A DNA stretch of 64,000 nucleotides from an uncultured Candidatus Saccharibacteria bacterium (GCA_964425625.1 CAYRMI010000001.1:866-64865); one strand, 5' to 3'. Positions 27,911 to 38,311 are shown, counted from the first letter of the stretch. Translations and numbers: made by a program. The notes: generated by a model from the letters alone, not told the origin.

Positions 27911-28246
27911 TTAGATTTCAGCGATTGCCTGAATACCTCGGTTTGTAATTTCGAATGCCGGCATAAGGATATCGTATGGCCCTTCTTCAACATATTCCAA
28001 TCTCACCCACTTAGCACCTAAAAAGACATTGAATTTCCGTAATACTTCTGGTTCAAATTCGTTGACCAACTGTTGATATCCTGAGGGATGAACTGGTGGG
28101 TGACGTCTGACCAAGATGGTGGCCATTTCTTTTGGTGTTATAAGAGAGCCATGCTTCCGCATTAGATCAAGAACCTCTTTGGACTTAATTTCGCTTGCCC
28201 TCATTTCTATTCTCCTGTTTGAGAGATTGAATTTTCCAATTATCAT
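27911..28246 (-). CDS. hypothetical protein
   Basis: 111-aa ORF, convergent with the previous gene and sharing its terminator. Confidence 0.4.
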   Translation of the reverse strand: MIIGKFNLSNRRIEMRASEIKSKEVLDLMRKHGSLITPKEMATILVRRHPPVHPSGYQQLVNEFEPEVLRKFNVFLGAKWVRLEYVEEGPYDILMPAFEITNRGIQAIAEI

Positions 28247-28357
28247 TGTACTTCTATACTTATCTTAACAGAAAAGGCTATTTAAGCGATAGTTGAATAA
28301 GTGAAATTGTATAAACTGATATTTTTTATGCCAAATTTAGGGTAGAATAATTAAATC

Positions 28358-29377
28358 ATGCCGTCGTTGTTTCGCTCGCCACTTTCGCTTATTGCTACTA
28401 TTTTAACAGCTACTTTCTGTGTAGCGATAATCATTTTTTCAGTCAACGCCATAAAAGAGGAAACAGTGACGTCTACCCGTACTGATCAAGCTAGCCAAAC
28501 TGAGTCCACAGCACAAAGTTTTCCCTTAAGTGTCAATCCGATAACCAAAAAAATTGAAGAAAATCCTTTGGTTGATTGGTATGTTACACAACACTTATCA
28601 ATAGATACTAAGAAATTTAGACAAAGACGATTTATCGACCGTGTGGTTTCCGAATTAGTTCAATTATCACTCTACCAGCAACTGGCTTCACCTCTTTCCC
28701 GTACTTTAGTTATCTATCCCGGGGAAAGACGCGAGGAAGTAGTAAAACATTTTGGTGATATCTTACGTTGGAGCAATACAGAGAGAGAAGAATTTTCAAA
28801 TCTAATCACTAGTAGCGAGCCGGCTATTAGTGATGGTAAATTCTACCCAGGGAAATACACCCTACCAAAAAACAGCACCCCCGAACAAGTGGCATCATTG
28901 TTGATTAATAAATTTGCTGAAGAGATACTAGCACGCTACGACGAGAGTATAGAAGAAATCGTACCACTGAAGGACACTCTAGTAATCGCTTCACTCTTAG
29001 AGCGAGAGGCATATAATTTCGATGATATGCGCTACATTTCAGGCATCATTTGGAATCGATTATTTATCGACATGCCTTTACAACTAGATGCCACCTTGCA
29101 ATATGCCAAAGGCAACAATCCAAATGAAACAAAATGGTGGCCAAAAGTGCGACCAGTCGATAAATATATCGATTCCCCTTTTAATACCTATGAGGAAAAA
29201 GGCCTACCGCCTTCACCAATAGCCAATCCGTCTCTGGAGGCTGTTGTAGCTGCTCTAAATCCCCGCGCTACAGATTGCTTATTTTATTTTCACGATAGTG
29301 ATGGCAATTTTTACTGCTCAATCAACTACGAAGGACACGTGGCTCTACTCAAGGAGATTTACGGTCAAGGTAGATAG
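28358..29377 (+). CDS. mltG: endolytic murein transglycosylase MltG (YceG-like), second paralog
   Basis: 339 aa; N-terminal TM anchor; YceG blocks (LVIASLLEREA, SPFNTYEEKGLPPSPIANPS, FYCSINYEGH). Confidence 0.75.
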   Translation: MPSLFRSPLSLIATILTATFCVAIIIFSVNAIKEETVTSTRTDQASQTESTAQSFPLSVNPITKKIEENPLVDWYVTQHLSIDTKKFRQRRFIDRVVSELVQLSLYQQLASPLSRTLVIYPGERREEVVKHFGDILRWSNTEREEFSNLITSSEPAISDGKFYPGKYTLPKNSTPEQVASLLINKFAEEILARYDESIEEIVPLKDTLVIASLLEREAYNFDDMRYISGIIWNRLFIDMPLQLDATLQYAKGNNPNETKWWPKVRPVDKYIDSPFNTYEEKGLPPSPIANPSLEAVVAALNPRATDCLFYFHDSDGNFYCSINYEGHVALLKEIYGQGR

Positions 29378-29378
29378 T

Positions 29379-29777
29379 TTACCAATTCAAGTAAGTAACG
29401 GTAAGTTGCAAGACGGTAGCAAAGCTAACCCATAAGAAATATGGAATATTGACGTAGGTTACCCAAGCATAGTGAGGGAAGATAAAATACAAAGCCAGAC
29501 CAAGCGTCACTAAGACCAACAGAATATCAATGGCTGCTAGAAGATTATTTTGCAAACCAAACTGAAGCGGAGTAAAAGCAAAGTTGAAGATGAGGTTGAG
29601 GATAAACGGTACTACTACGATAGGCGGAATAGAGCCTGTCCAGGCTTTGTAAAAAACGTAGCCAAAGCTGATGAAGATGATGAGATAAAGCACACTCCAG
29701 ACTGGTCCAAAAAGCCAGCTAGGTGGTGCCCAAGTCGGTTTGATTAATTCGCTATACCAATTGTACGTGTTATTCAT
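29379..29777 (-). CDS. tspO: TspO/MBR-family protein, N-terminally short (no TM1)
   Basis: Signature KPTWAPPSWLFGPVWSVLY plus four further TM helices. The ORF-track start (29825) lies inside a perfect terminator hairpin, so the start was moved to the internal Met MNNTYNWY (29777). The protein then lacks the first TM helix of canonical TspO. Confidence 0.5.
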   Translation of the reverse strand: MNNTYNWYSELIKPTWAPPSWLFGPVWSVLYLIIFISFGYVFYKAWTGSIPPIVVVPFILNLIFNFAFTPLQFGLQNNLLAAIDILLVLVTLGLALYFIFPHYAWVTYVNIPYFLWVSFATVLQLTVTYLNW

Positions 29778-29808
29778 ATATCTAAAGTATACCACTTTGA
29801 ACAGAGAA

Positions 29809-29866
29809 AAAGGCATGCGGAGCATGCCTTTTTGTTGTGTTTCCGACTAGGTCGGACCGTTTTTTA
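29809..29866. terminator. two adjacent perfect hairpins between tspO and the GC-rich lipoprotein gene
   Basis: AAAAAGGCATGC-GGA-GCATGCCTTTTT (29809..29836), then TCCGAC-TAG-GTCGGA-CCGTTTTTT (29842..29866). The first overlaps the annotated tspO ATG. Confidence 0.55.
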
Positions 29867-30439
29867 TTTCTTCACTTTGGGTATGCACTGTGGCTTGGCC
29901 GTGTCGTATCCCGAGTGAATTAGGAGTCCGGTGTCAGACCAGACTTCAGTCCAGCTTTTGTGGCAGATCATTACACTCTGCGCCTCTGAAGCCAAGGTGC
30001 AGGTGCGCGAAAAAGTCTTACCAGAAGACGACTCCTCCCACTTGCACTCCGCTCCTTTGACTGGGGAGAGAGCTGCTGCTACTTCCTCCGGTCCCGGTGC
30101 TGGATAGCACCAGAACTGCGACCCGTTGCGGGTTGTGGTAGTCACACCATGACCACCTTGGTAACGTGATCTGTAGTATGACTGGTCGCTCGTGCATTCA
30201 CGGCGATCTTTACCTCGTCCAAGAGTGTAGGCCATCCGAGTCGTGCCTTGGTAACTGGAACTTTTGTAGCCCGACCCCTTGGACTGTTCTGATTGGTGCG
30301 ATCCACCGAGAATTTGCTTGTTCTCAGCGAAAGTAGTTCCGCCTATGACCAGGGTCCCTCCGTGCAATTCGGTGGCGCAGCCAGAGAACAGCAGAACCGA
30401 TACCAAACCGACCAGCTGAATCGAAAGACGCGTGTTCAT
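29864..30439 (-). CDS. hypothetical lipoprotein
   Basis: 191 aa; signal peptide with lipobox (LLFSGC), Cys/Gly/Ser-rich mature part; gene is visibly GC-rich and bracketed by perfect palindromic terminators. Confidence 0.5.
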   Translation of the reverse strand: MNTRLSIQLVGLVSVLLFSGCATELHGGTLVIGGTTFAENKQILGGSHQSEQSKGSGYKSSSYQGTTRMAYTLGRGKDRRECTSDQSYYRSRYQGGHGVTTTTRNGSQFWCYPAPGPEEVAAALSPVKGAECKWEESSSGKTFSRTCTLASEAQSVMICHKSWTEVWSDTGLLIHSGYDTAKPQCIPKVKK

Positions 30440-30513
30440 GTATATCTCCTAAATTTGGATGAACGTACTTTTGACACTCAGAAATGAGTATCAGCCAATT
30501 GATATAATAGCAT

Positions 30514-30549
30514 AAAACCCCTTAAAAGTCAATACTTTTAAGGGGTTTT
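30514..30549. terminator. 16-bp perfect palindromic hairpin between the lipoprotein and NAD(P)H dehydrogenase genes
   Basis: AAAACCCCTTAAAAGT-CAAT-ACTTTTAAGGGGTTTT. Confidence 0.6.
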
Positions 30550-30559
30550 ATAAGCTTAT

Positions 30560-31144
30560 TTAGATGGCTTTTTTACCCAATCTTTCCATGTCCTTCAACC
30601 ATTTGCCTCGGGCACTATCGTCTACTTTATCGCACGGGCCCATGAAAGATACTTCTGTTCTAATACCAGCGAACTCCAAGATACCATGCTGGATTTCGTT
30701 CCAATAATCCCCATACTTCCACCACAGCATAAACGGGCTATGGGTACCGGAAAGATTTATCACTCGAGCGGTCTTCCCTTTTAGGTGTTGCTCAATTTTT
30801 TTTGTCTCCTTGTTGAAATTAAAGGCAAACCCAGGCAACCACATCCGATCAAACAGACCTTTTAGTAAAGCTGGCATGGCGCACCACCAGTTTGGGTAAG
30901 CAATAACAATATGATCAGCCACCCTGAATTTTTCTTGTAAATCTAATAGATCTGGTTCGAGGTGTTGAATTTCTTTGTAGCCTTTGTGTAGAATCGGATC
31001 AAACTGTAAGTCACCAAGATTTACTCGCACTACTGTATGTCCAGCGTCTTCTGCTCCAGCCTGATAGTGGTCAAGCAACGTCCCGGTGAAAGTGTCTTTG
31101 TCCGGATGGCCACAGATTAAAAGAACATTTTTAGTTTTTTGCAT
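30560..31144 (-). CDS. flavodoxin-like NAD(P)H dehydrogenase (quinone) family protein
   Basis: 194 aa; N-terminal LLICGHP...TF and overall Flavodoxin_2 / NQO1-MdaB-KefG-like pattern. Confidence 0.55.
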   Translation of the reverse strand: MQKTKNVLLICGHPDKDTFTGTLLDHYQAGAEDAGHTVVRVNLGDLQFDPILHKGYKEIQHLEPDLLDLQEKFRVADHIVIAYPNWWCAMPALLKGLFDRMWLPGFAFNFNKETKKIEQHLKGKTARVINLSGTHSPFMLWWKYGDYWNEIQHGILEFAGIRTEVSFMGPCDKVDDSARGKWLKDMERLGKKAI

Positions 31145-31161
31145 ATACCACTAGTATAACG

Positions 31162-31193
31162 AACAAGCTCGTGAAATATTCACGAGCTTGTTG
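31162..31193. terminator. 14-bp perfect palindromic hairpin
   Basis: AACAAGCTCGTGAA-ATAT-TTCACGAGCTTGTT. Confidence 0.55.
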
Positions 31194-31217
31194 ATTACTT
31201 TGACAAATTTTAATCAG

Positions 31218-31532
31218 CTACCTTCTAATTGATCCGTCGGCATTAAACTGCCCTTGCGAACCCATTTGCATTTTCATGAGCTTTTCCTTCATCTCTGGAG
31301 TCATAGCCCCCAGTATTTGCTGTTGGTATTTGGGCAAAACTTTCATCGCAGCTGACATTTGATTGTTGCCATTCTTTTTTAGCTCCTCTTGCATCTCTTT
31401 AGCTATTTTTTCAAATAAAGCTGGATCTTTCTCCAACATGGTCATAATCATTTCTTGCTGATCTGGTGGTACGTTTTTCATCTGTGATTGAAGAACTTTC
31501 TTCAATGCGAATTGTTTCAATTTTCCAAACAT
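31218..31532 (-). CDS. hypothetical Met/Lys/Gln-rich protein
   Basis: 104-aa ORF divergent from the efflux operon; followed by a 14-bp perfect hairpin terminator (31162..31193). Confidence 0.35.
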   Translation of the reverse strand: MFGKLKQFALKKVLQSQMKNVPPDQQEMIMTMLEKDPALFEKIAKEMQEELKKNGNNQMSAAMKVLPKYQQQILGAMTPEMKEKLMKMQMGSQGQFNADGSIRR

Positions 31533-31667
31533 AATGCCAAAGATTGTAGCATATTATTAAATCCTACGTATAAATATTATCCAGATTTGGTCTAAATTCT
31601 AGATATGGACAAATTATGAATTTGTGTTATTATTCTGGCTAATTTATTACTTATTGTACAGAATTCT

Positions 31668-33212
31668 ATGTTTAAAATGATAAATAGTCTTTACCGCCAA
31701 TTCCTCTTCCCTTTCCGCTTTTATATAATAAGCGTACTTATTTTTATTGCTATAATTTCGCTACTCACGGCAAGAGATACAGAGGAAGCTATTTCAGTTG
31801 AAAGTGCAAAAATTCTTGTCGAAATAGCCACCCCGCAAGAATTATCTGGCAATCAAACGACTGAACTAATTGGTAAGGTGGCAGCCAAGACACAGGTAGA
31901 CTTACAGTCCGAGGTTTCTGGTCGCGTCACAGGAGTAAATGTAACACTTGGACAGTCTGTAAATTCTGGCCAAGTTATTGCAACACTAGAAAATGCTTCA
32001 CAAAGAGCAAGTCTCATATCAGCCGAGGGAGTATATGAAGCGGCTCAAGCGGCAGCAGCTCAAAGTAGAGTTGGGGTAGATGAGGCTCTGAACAATCTAC
32101 GTGCCACAAAAAATCGTGTTCTAAGTACCTACAAATCCGCTTACAACACTAATAGTTCAATTATAGCTACTAATATTGACCCGTTTTTTTCCAATCCCAC
32201 TGACTCAATCCCTGGATTGCGTTTGGACGGTAGAGGGTATACCAGCTTTCTAAATACTGAAAGAATAGATCTAAGGACTTCAGTGCCACAATGGTTAAAC
32301 AAAACACTTAGTGCTACTACAGAAGATAATTTACCTAAGCTATTAAGTGAAGCTTTAGGAGAAACGGAGTCTGTGCTTAGCATGGTAGATGCATTTATTT
32401 TAATTTTACAAGACCAAAAAGGATCAAGTAAGTATACTGAGGCAGAAATTCAAACTGCTCTAGCCGGATTTAATAGTGCTAGAGCAAGCTTGTCGGCTAC
32501 TTTATCCTCATTGACTGAGGTAAGCACAGCATTAGTGGCAGCGGAAGAAAGCTTAAGAAGAGCAGAAATTAGTGGGGGTAACCAGACAATTTCTAGTGCC
32601 GAAGCCCAAGTCAAACAAGCGCTAGGATCGCTTAAGGTAGCTGAAGCAAACTTGGCCAAGACAATTATACGCACTCCGATCGCAGGTGAAGTTAATTCAC
32701 TCTCAGTGAAAGCTGGTGATTTTTTGAGTATGTTTGGCCCAGTAGCAAAGATTGCCAATAATCAAGGTTTAGAAATTACAACTTTTATTGGCCAGGGAGA
32801 AAGAGACTTGCTGTCAGTCGGTAGTGAATTAATTGTCGAAGGGTCTGGTACTGGAACAGTAACTAACATATCACCAGCTATCGATTCTACCACCGGTAAA
32901 ATTGAAGTAAAAGTAGCGATTACAAACAGTAACTTACAAAACGGTGACACTGTCAGACTTTTACTAAAAAGTGATTTAGCGACAAAACCAACGACTATCC
33001 AATTACCGCTATCAGCTATAAAGTTTGATGCTGAGCAGGCCTATGTCTTTGTTGTTAAAGCTGGCGTACTTGAACGTCTTGACGTTGAGCTAGGGGCAAT
33101 TCGTGGAGACTCAGTAGTTGTCACGACTGGACTTACTCCTAGCACTGAAGTAGTTGTTGATGCCAGAGGTAAAGTAGTTGGTACCGAGGTGGAAATAATA
33201 AAAAACAACTAG
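31668..33212 (+). CDS. efflux transporter periplasmic adaptor subunit (membrane fusion protein, HlyD/RND-adaptor family)
   Basis: 514 aa; N-terminal TM anchor, biotinyl/lipoyl-like hairpin (VSGRVTGVNVTLGQSVNSGQVIATLE), long coiled-coil, beta-barrel C-terminus; start codon of the RND gene follows 1 nt after its stop. Confidence 0.7.
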   Translation: MFKMINSLYRQFLFPFRFYIISVLIFIAIISLLTARDTEEAISVESAKILVEIATPQELSGNQTTELIGKVAAKTQVDLQSEVSGRVTGVNVTLGQSVNSGQVIATLENASQRASLISAEGVYEAAQAAAAQSRVGVDEALNNLRATKNRVLSTYKSAYNTNSSIIATNIDPFFSNPTDSIPGLRLDGRGYTSFLNTERIDLRTSVPQWLNKTLSATTEDNLPKLLSEALGETESVLSMVDAFILILQDQKGSSKYTEAEIQTALAGFNSARASLSATLSSLTEVSTALVAAEESLRRAEISGGNQTISSAEAQVKQALGSLKVAEANLAKTIIRTPIAGEVNSLSVKAGDFLSMFGPVAKIANNQGLEITTFIGQGERDLLSVGSELIVEGSGTGTVTNISPAIDSTTGKIEVKVAITNSNLQNGDTVRLLLKSDLATKPTTIQLPLSAIKFDAEQAYVFVVKAGVLERLDVELGAIRGDSVVVTTGLTPSTEVVVDARGKVVGTEVEIIKNN

Positions 33213-33213
33213 C

Positions 33214-36200
33214 ATGTGGAATTTCTTTTTACGAAATAGTCGGTTCACGTACTTATTGATAATTTCGCTAATTAGTTTTGGCGTCTATTCAGCTATCGCT
33301 ATTCCTAAGGAGTCAGCCCCAGAGGTGGTAATACCAGTTGGTATAGTGACGACAGTATTTCCTGGCGCCCCCGCCTTAGACGTTGAGAATCTAGTCACAA
33401 ATGAGATTGAACGAACACTAAGCGGTAGTTTAAACGATGTTAAATCGATCACCTCTGTTTCGCGCGAAAGTATTTCTTCTATCACTGTAGAATTTGATGC
33501 CAATGCTGACTTAAATAAATCGATCAAAGACCTAAAGGATGCCGTCGATGCCGTTATCCCTGATTTACCTGGTGATGCCGAAGATCCACGCGTCGCCGAA
33601 GTTGATTTTGTTAATCAACCCATCGCAACTGTTTCAGTGGCTGGAAATTTGAGTGACCGAGAATTGTCTGAGGTGGCCAAACAATTGGAAAATGAACTTG
33701 AATCCCTATTGGGTATTTCCAAAGTAGACATTCAAGGGGTACGAAATCGAGAAGTGACACTTGTTGTCAACCCAACGAATTTGGCCCGCTTTAATCTAAC
33801 TGTCACTGATATTCTGCAGGGCTTAAGAAGCGCCAACAATACCTTCCCCGTTGGTCAGATTGTTACCAATGACATTTCCTACAATATTTCCTTCGTTGGC
33901 GATATAGAATCAAGTAAGGCTGTACTAAATGTCCCTATCGCCACCAGAGCTGGTCAGTCGATATATGTTAGAGATATTGCTACCGTTGATGATGGTCTAA
34001 ATCCAGCGACTTCAATTTCTCGACTGAGTATTAATGGTGAACCGTCTATGTCGGCCGCTACTTTTAGTATTTATAAACAAAGCGGTGGTGATATCACTAG
34101 AATCGCCAAATCAGTGCAACAAAAATTAACCGAACTACAAGCAGAAGGTCAGTTACTGCACAATTTGACAGTTTATACCGTACAAGATGCCGGGGCTGAT
34201 ATTGCCAAAGACTTAAAAAATCTAACGCGTTCTGGTCTGCAGACAGTCATACTAGTTATGTTAGTGCTGGTGGTTATGATTGGTTGGCGTGAAGGCTTGG
34301 TGGCTGGTTTGGCTATTCCGCTTTCGTTTACTATTGGTTTCATTGGCCTATATCTCTCCGGTAACACCATCAATTTTATTAGTTTATTTGCTCTGATTCT
34401 CGGTATTGGTGTGTTGGTGGATGCCGGTATTGTGATGGTTGAAGGCATCAATAAGTATATTGCCAACCACCCTCATGGTAATAAGCGAGAAGCCGCTAGA
34501 CACGCCGTAGTGGATTTCGCTAGTCCGATAACTTCCGGTACGCTGACTACAGTCGCAATGTTCGCTGGTTTATTTATTGTCTCCGGCGTCACCGGGCAGT
34601 TTATCTCCGGGATTCCTTTCACCTTAATCTTTGTTCTTTTTGCTTCCCTCCTCGTGGCAATTGGATTTATACCCCTTATCTCAACCTCTGTATTAAAAGG
34701 ATACACCCAACAAGAGATGGATGAGCGAAATAACTTTACCAATCGTTTAAACCGGTCCTTAGAAAATTGGTATAGAAACAAACTAACTAAGCTAGTAGGG
34801 AGTCGTCAGGGAAAGAAGTACTTCTTGACTACTATTATAGTGCTATTCTTTGTCTCCCTGGCTCTAATTCCAGCTGGATTGGTGAAGGTTGTCTTTTTTG
34901 CGCAGACTGATGCTCCACAAATTTACTTAGAAGTAGAACTTCCAGAAGGCAGTATCAAGGAATCAACTGATTTGGCAGTTCGACAAGTAGAAGAAGTACT
35001 TTATGCTAACAAAGAGATAATTGAGGCTTTTGCCGTAAACATTGGTTCTGGTAGCGCCTTTCTTGGGGGTGGGGAAAACGGAAAACTAGCTAATATAACA
35101 ATTAATCTCAAAGACGAGCGAGAGCTAACGAGTAGTGAGTTGATAAGCAAGTTGCGAACGGAATTACCTGTCTTGCCAGGCGTGGTTGTGTCTGTAGCCG
35201 AGCCAAATAATGGCCCACCCACTGGTAGCGCTATTGGTGTAAGACTATCTGGCGATGACTTGCTGTCACTAGATGCCGCAGCTAATCTAGTCGCCGCTTC
35301 GCTCAGAGATATTTCAGGAGTAACTAACGTCACGACCAGTAACACAAACAATAATACTGAATACGTCCTCACTTTAGATCAGAGCAAGACTGCGGCCGCC
35401 GGTCTAAACCCCCAAATTGTGTCCCAAACTCTGCGGGCTGCTATATACGGAACTGAAGCGATTAGCCTAACGACCCTAAGTGATGATATCCCGGTAGTGG
35501 TTAGACTTAACCTCAGTGGCCAGGATGATATTGCTCCAGGTGATACGAACCGAACCAATATCTCTACTTTGGAAAATATCTCAATTCAGAATCAAGCTGG
35601 TGACAGCATTCTTCTATCGTCGCTAGTTAATACTACTTTGCGCGAATCAAGTAGCGCTATTAATCACCGGGATCAAGAAAGAATTGTGACTGTTTCGGCT
35701 GATACAACAGAGGATGGTAACGTCTTTGAAATTAATGCCGAACTAACAAAGAAAGTTGCCGGAATGAGTAATTTTCCTAGTGATGTAACTTTTACCCTTG
35801 GTGGTGAAACTGAAGATTCAAGCCAAGCTTTTGGGGAACTATTCTTAGCGTTGGTGATTGGTCTGGTACTAATGATCGGGGTTTTGGTGTTGGAGTTTAA
35901 CTCCTTCCGATATACTGCTTATGTACTCTCTATTGTGCCTTTCTCGTTAATTGGTATCTTATTTGGCTTAGCTTTTACTGGCAGTGCTCTTTCCTTCCCT
36001 TCGATTATGGGCTTTATCGCGCTAACTGGCATCATCGTTAATAACTCGATTTTGCTAATTGATCGCATGAACGAAATGCGTAGAAAGAAACCAGATGCAT
36101 CTGTAGACAACATTGTTGTAGAGGCATCAGTTAGTCGTTTGCGACCGATTATCCTCACTTCCCTTACGACTATTGTGGGAATGATACCACTCCTATATTC

Positions 36201-36321
36201 TGATCCAATATGGATACCACTTGCTACGGCTGTTATTTTTGGCCTTTCCTTTTCTGTAGTGATCACTCTTATACTGGTGCCAATAATCTACGACCGCTGG
36301 CCTGGTAAGCTTCCTGAATAA
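33214..36321 (+). CDS. RND-superfamily efflux permease (AcrB/HAE1-like)
   Basis: 1035 aa; two-fold 6-TM + large-loop architecture typical of AcrB-family transporters. Confidence 0.8.
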   Translation: MWNFFLRNSRFTYLLIISLISFGVYSAIAIPKESAPEVVIPVGIVTTVFPGAPALDVENLVTNEIERTLSGSLNDVKSITSVSRESISSITVEFDANADLNKSIKDLKDAVDAVIPDLPGDAEDPRVAEVDFVNQPIATVSVAGNLSDRELSEVAKQLENELESLLGISKVDIQGVRNREVTLVVNPTNLARFNLTVTDILQGLRSANNTFPVGQIVTNDISYNISFVGDIESSKAVLNVPIATRAGQSIYVRDIATVDDGLNPATSISRLSINGEPSMSAATFSIYKQSGGDITRIAKSVQQKLTELQAEGQLLHNLTVYTVQDAGADIAKDLKNLTRSGLQTVILVMLVLVVMIGWREGLVAGLAIPLSFTIGFIGLYLSGNTINFISLFALILGIGVLVDAGIVMVEGINKYIANHPHGNKREAARHAVVDFASPITSGTLTTVAMFAGLFIVSGVTGQFISGIPFTLIFVLFASLLVAIGFIPLISTSVLKGYTQQEMDERNNFTNRLNRSLENWYRNKLTKLVGSRQGKKYFLTTIIVLFFVSLALIPAGLVKVVFFAQTDAPQIYLEVELPEGSIKESTDLAVRQVEEVLYANKEIIEAFAVNIGSGSAFLGGGENGKLANITINLKDERELTSSELISKLRTELPVLPGVVVSVAEPNNGPPTGSAIGVRLSGDDLLSLDAAANLVAASLRDISGVTNVTTSNTNNNTEYVLTLDQSKTAAAGLNPQIVSQTLRAAIYGTEAISLTTLSDDIPVVVRLNLSGQDDIAPGDTNRTNISTLENISIQNQAGDSILLSSLVNTTLRESSSAINHRDQERIVTVSADTTEDGNVFEINAELTKKVAGMSNFPSDVTFTLGGETEDSSQAFGELFLALVIGLVLMIGVLVLEFNSFRYTAYVLSIVPFSLIGILFGLAFTGSALSFPSIMGFIALTGIIVNNSILLIDRMNEMRRKKPDASVDNIVVEASVSRLRPIILTSLTTIVGMIPLLYSDPIWIPLATAVIFGLSFSVVITLILVPIIYDRWPGKLPE

Positions 36322-36342
36322 AGTAATTAATAACATCAGCGT

Positions 36343-36368
36343 AAAAAGCGACCTAAGGTCGTTTTTTC
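36343..36368. terminator. bidirectional terminator between the RND pump and 36353..36862
   Basis: AAAAAGCGACC-TAA-GGTCGTTTTTT. Confidence 0.55.
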
Positions 36369-36862
36369 TTAAGGTGAAGCATGGCGCCATTAATCAACAA
36401 ATAAGCAAAAGCTAATTCGGCTAAATAGATAATAATGAACGTGAGCCAAGTAAAGTTGACTAACTCAAGCATGAACAGAGCGGTGCCTAAACCCAAAAGA
36501 TACCAAGTTCCGGCCTGAATAGCTGGCCCAAAAGTACTCGGCATAATTCGTTTGGTCATTAAAAAAGCGTTGAAGAATAGAACAAAGATGAGAGTGTATT
36601 GGGCCAAAATATAGTTAGTAAAATAAGATATACCCTGATCTGAGTAGCCGTAGACGGCCAAAATAGCGGTAGTGGCCAAAATGATTACCATCGCTATTCT
36701 CAGTACCACATAGGTCACTCCCATCATTCGTCTTTCGGTTTCGTCAATAGCAACATCAGCTATAGCACTAAAAAAATTAAGTACAGCCAGAGTCGATGAA
36801 CCGACACCAAGAGAAATACTCATAACTTGTAAGATACTGGCGACAATTGTGATAATTTCCAT
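36353..36862 (-). CDS. hypothetical integral membrane protein
   Basis: 169 aa, 5 predicted TM helices; convergent with the RND gene across a shared terminator. Confidence 0.4.
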   Translation of the reverse strand: MEIITIVASILQVMSISLGVGSSTLAVLNFFSAIADVAIDETERRMMGVTYVVLRIAMVIILATTAILAVYGYSDQGISYFTNYILAQYTLIFVLFFNAFLMTKRIMPSTFGPAIQAGTWYLLGLGTALFMLELVNFTWLTFIIIYLAELAFAYLLINGAMLHLKKKRP

Positions 36863-36955
36863 TGTGTTATAATAGCAAAATTAGCGACTAGTATCAGGAG
36901 GATAAGTGTAAAACCTTCTCGGTCTAGTCTGTTTATTAATGCTTTAGGCACAGTT

Positions 36956-38302
36956 ATGAATTTTGATCATCAGAAGACTATTTACCGAGATTTTGATATT
37001 AGAGGTAAATATCCCGAAGAAATTACTGACGAAGAAGTCTATAAAATAGCTAAGGCTTTAACATTACATTTTTCAGTTAAAAATGTAGCTGTCGGTTATG
37101 ATATTAGACCTTCAGCTAGCAGTTTATTCTCTGCTCTATCACGTGGTTTTATGGAAAGTGGCGTTAATGTCATAGACCTTGGTCTTTGTACTACCCCTAT
37201 GTCCTACTACATGTGTGGCTCGACTAGTGTCGACATGACTGTCATGATTACCGCTTCGCATATGCCGAGTGATTACAACGGTCTAAAAATTACTGTTGAG
37301 GATGCCAAACCAGTGACTAGTGATGTTTTACAAATTATTCGCGGTATTGTCGGCACCCACACTTTTTCTGAAGAAGTAATGCACGGCACGCTAACTACTC
37401 ATGCTTTGCAAGAGGATTGGATTAAAAAATTTAAGCAAAAGCATGATTTAGTTGGTTCCGGACTATCAGTGGTTATTGACCCAGCTAATATGATTGGTAT
37501 TTTGGAGATTGATACTTTTCGCGCCTTTGAACCAGATATAACTGTCCATACTATCTTTGATACCTATGACCACACTTGTCCAAATCATGAGGCTAACCCA
37601 ATCAAACATGAAGCCTTAGCTTCACTTGGTGAAGAGGTGGTTTGTCGTAAAGCTGATCTTGGAGTAGCCTTCGATGGTGATGCAGATCGAGTTGGATTTG
37701 TAGATGAAAACGGTCGACCAATTGCTAGTGATTTAATTGGCGCCTTGCTAGCTAGATATGTCTTGACTGAACATCCTGGCGCTACTATTGTTTGTGATAT
37801 TCGTTCCTCACGTTGTGTGGTTGAAGAAATCGAAAGATTAGGTGGTAAGGCAGTACGTGAAAAAGTTGGGCATACTCATATTCGTCATCGTATGCGCCAA
37901 GAGAATGCTGTATTAGGGATTGAGCTATCTGGCCATTTCTTTTTCAAACAATCATACTTCTCGGAAGGTGGCCCTTTACCGGCTTTTATTATTATGGAAA
38001 TCATGACTAAAGAGAAAAAGCCACTAAGTACCCTAGTCGCGGAAGTAAAAAAATATTATCAAAGCGGTGAAATTAATAGTACTATCACTCGCACTACGGC
38101 AGAAATATACACTGACTTAGAAAATGAATTTTCTGGATTAACTATAACTAGGCAGGACGGTCTCTCGATTGAAGCCAAGGATTGGTGGTGCAATGTACGA
38201 CCTTCAGCCAATGACCCGGTGATGCGATTGAATTTGGAGGCTGAGAATAAAAGCCTGATGGAAGAAAAGCGTGACGCTATACTAAAAATCATACGCGCCT
38301 AA
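36956..38302 (+). CDS. phosphoglucomutase/phosphomannomutase-family protein
   Basis: 448 aa; phosphoserine loop TASHMPSDYNGLK, Mg loop GVAFDGDADR, sugar-binding loop GIELSGH. Confidence 0.8.
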   Translation: MNFDHQKTIYRDFDIRGKYPEEITDEEVYKIAKALTLHFSVKNVAVGYDIRPSASSLFSALSRGFMESGVNVIDLGLCTTPMSYYMCGSTSVDMTVMITASHMPSDYNGLKITVEDAKPVTSDVLQIIRGIVGTHTFSEEVMHGTLTTHALQEDWIKKFKQKHDLVGSGLSVVIDPANMIGILEIDTFRAFEPDITVHTIFDTYDHTCPNHEANPIKHEALASLGEEVVCRKADLGVAFDGDADRVGFVDENGRPIASDLIGALLARYVLTEHPGATIVCDIRSSRCVVEEIERLGGKAVREKVGHTHIRHRMRQENAVLGIELSGHFFFKQSYFSEGGPLPAFIIMEIMTKEKKPLSTLVAEVKKYYQSGEINSTITRTTAEIYTDLENEFSGLTITRQDGLSIEAKDWWCNVRPSANDPVMRLNLEAENKSLMEEKRDAILKIIRA

Positions 38303-38311
38303 AAGATTAAT

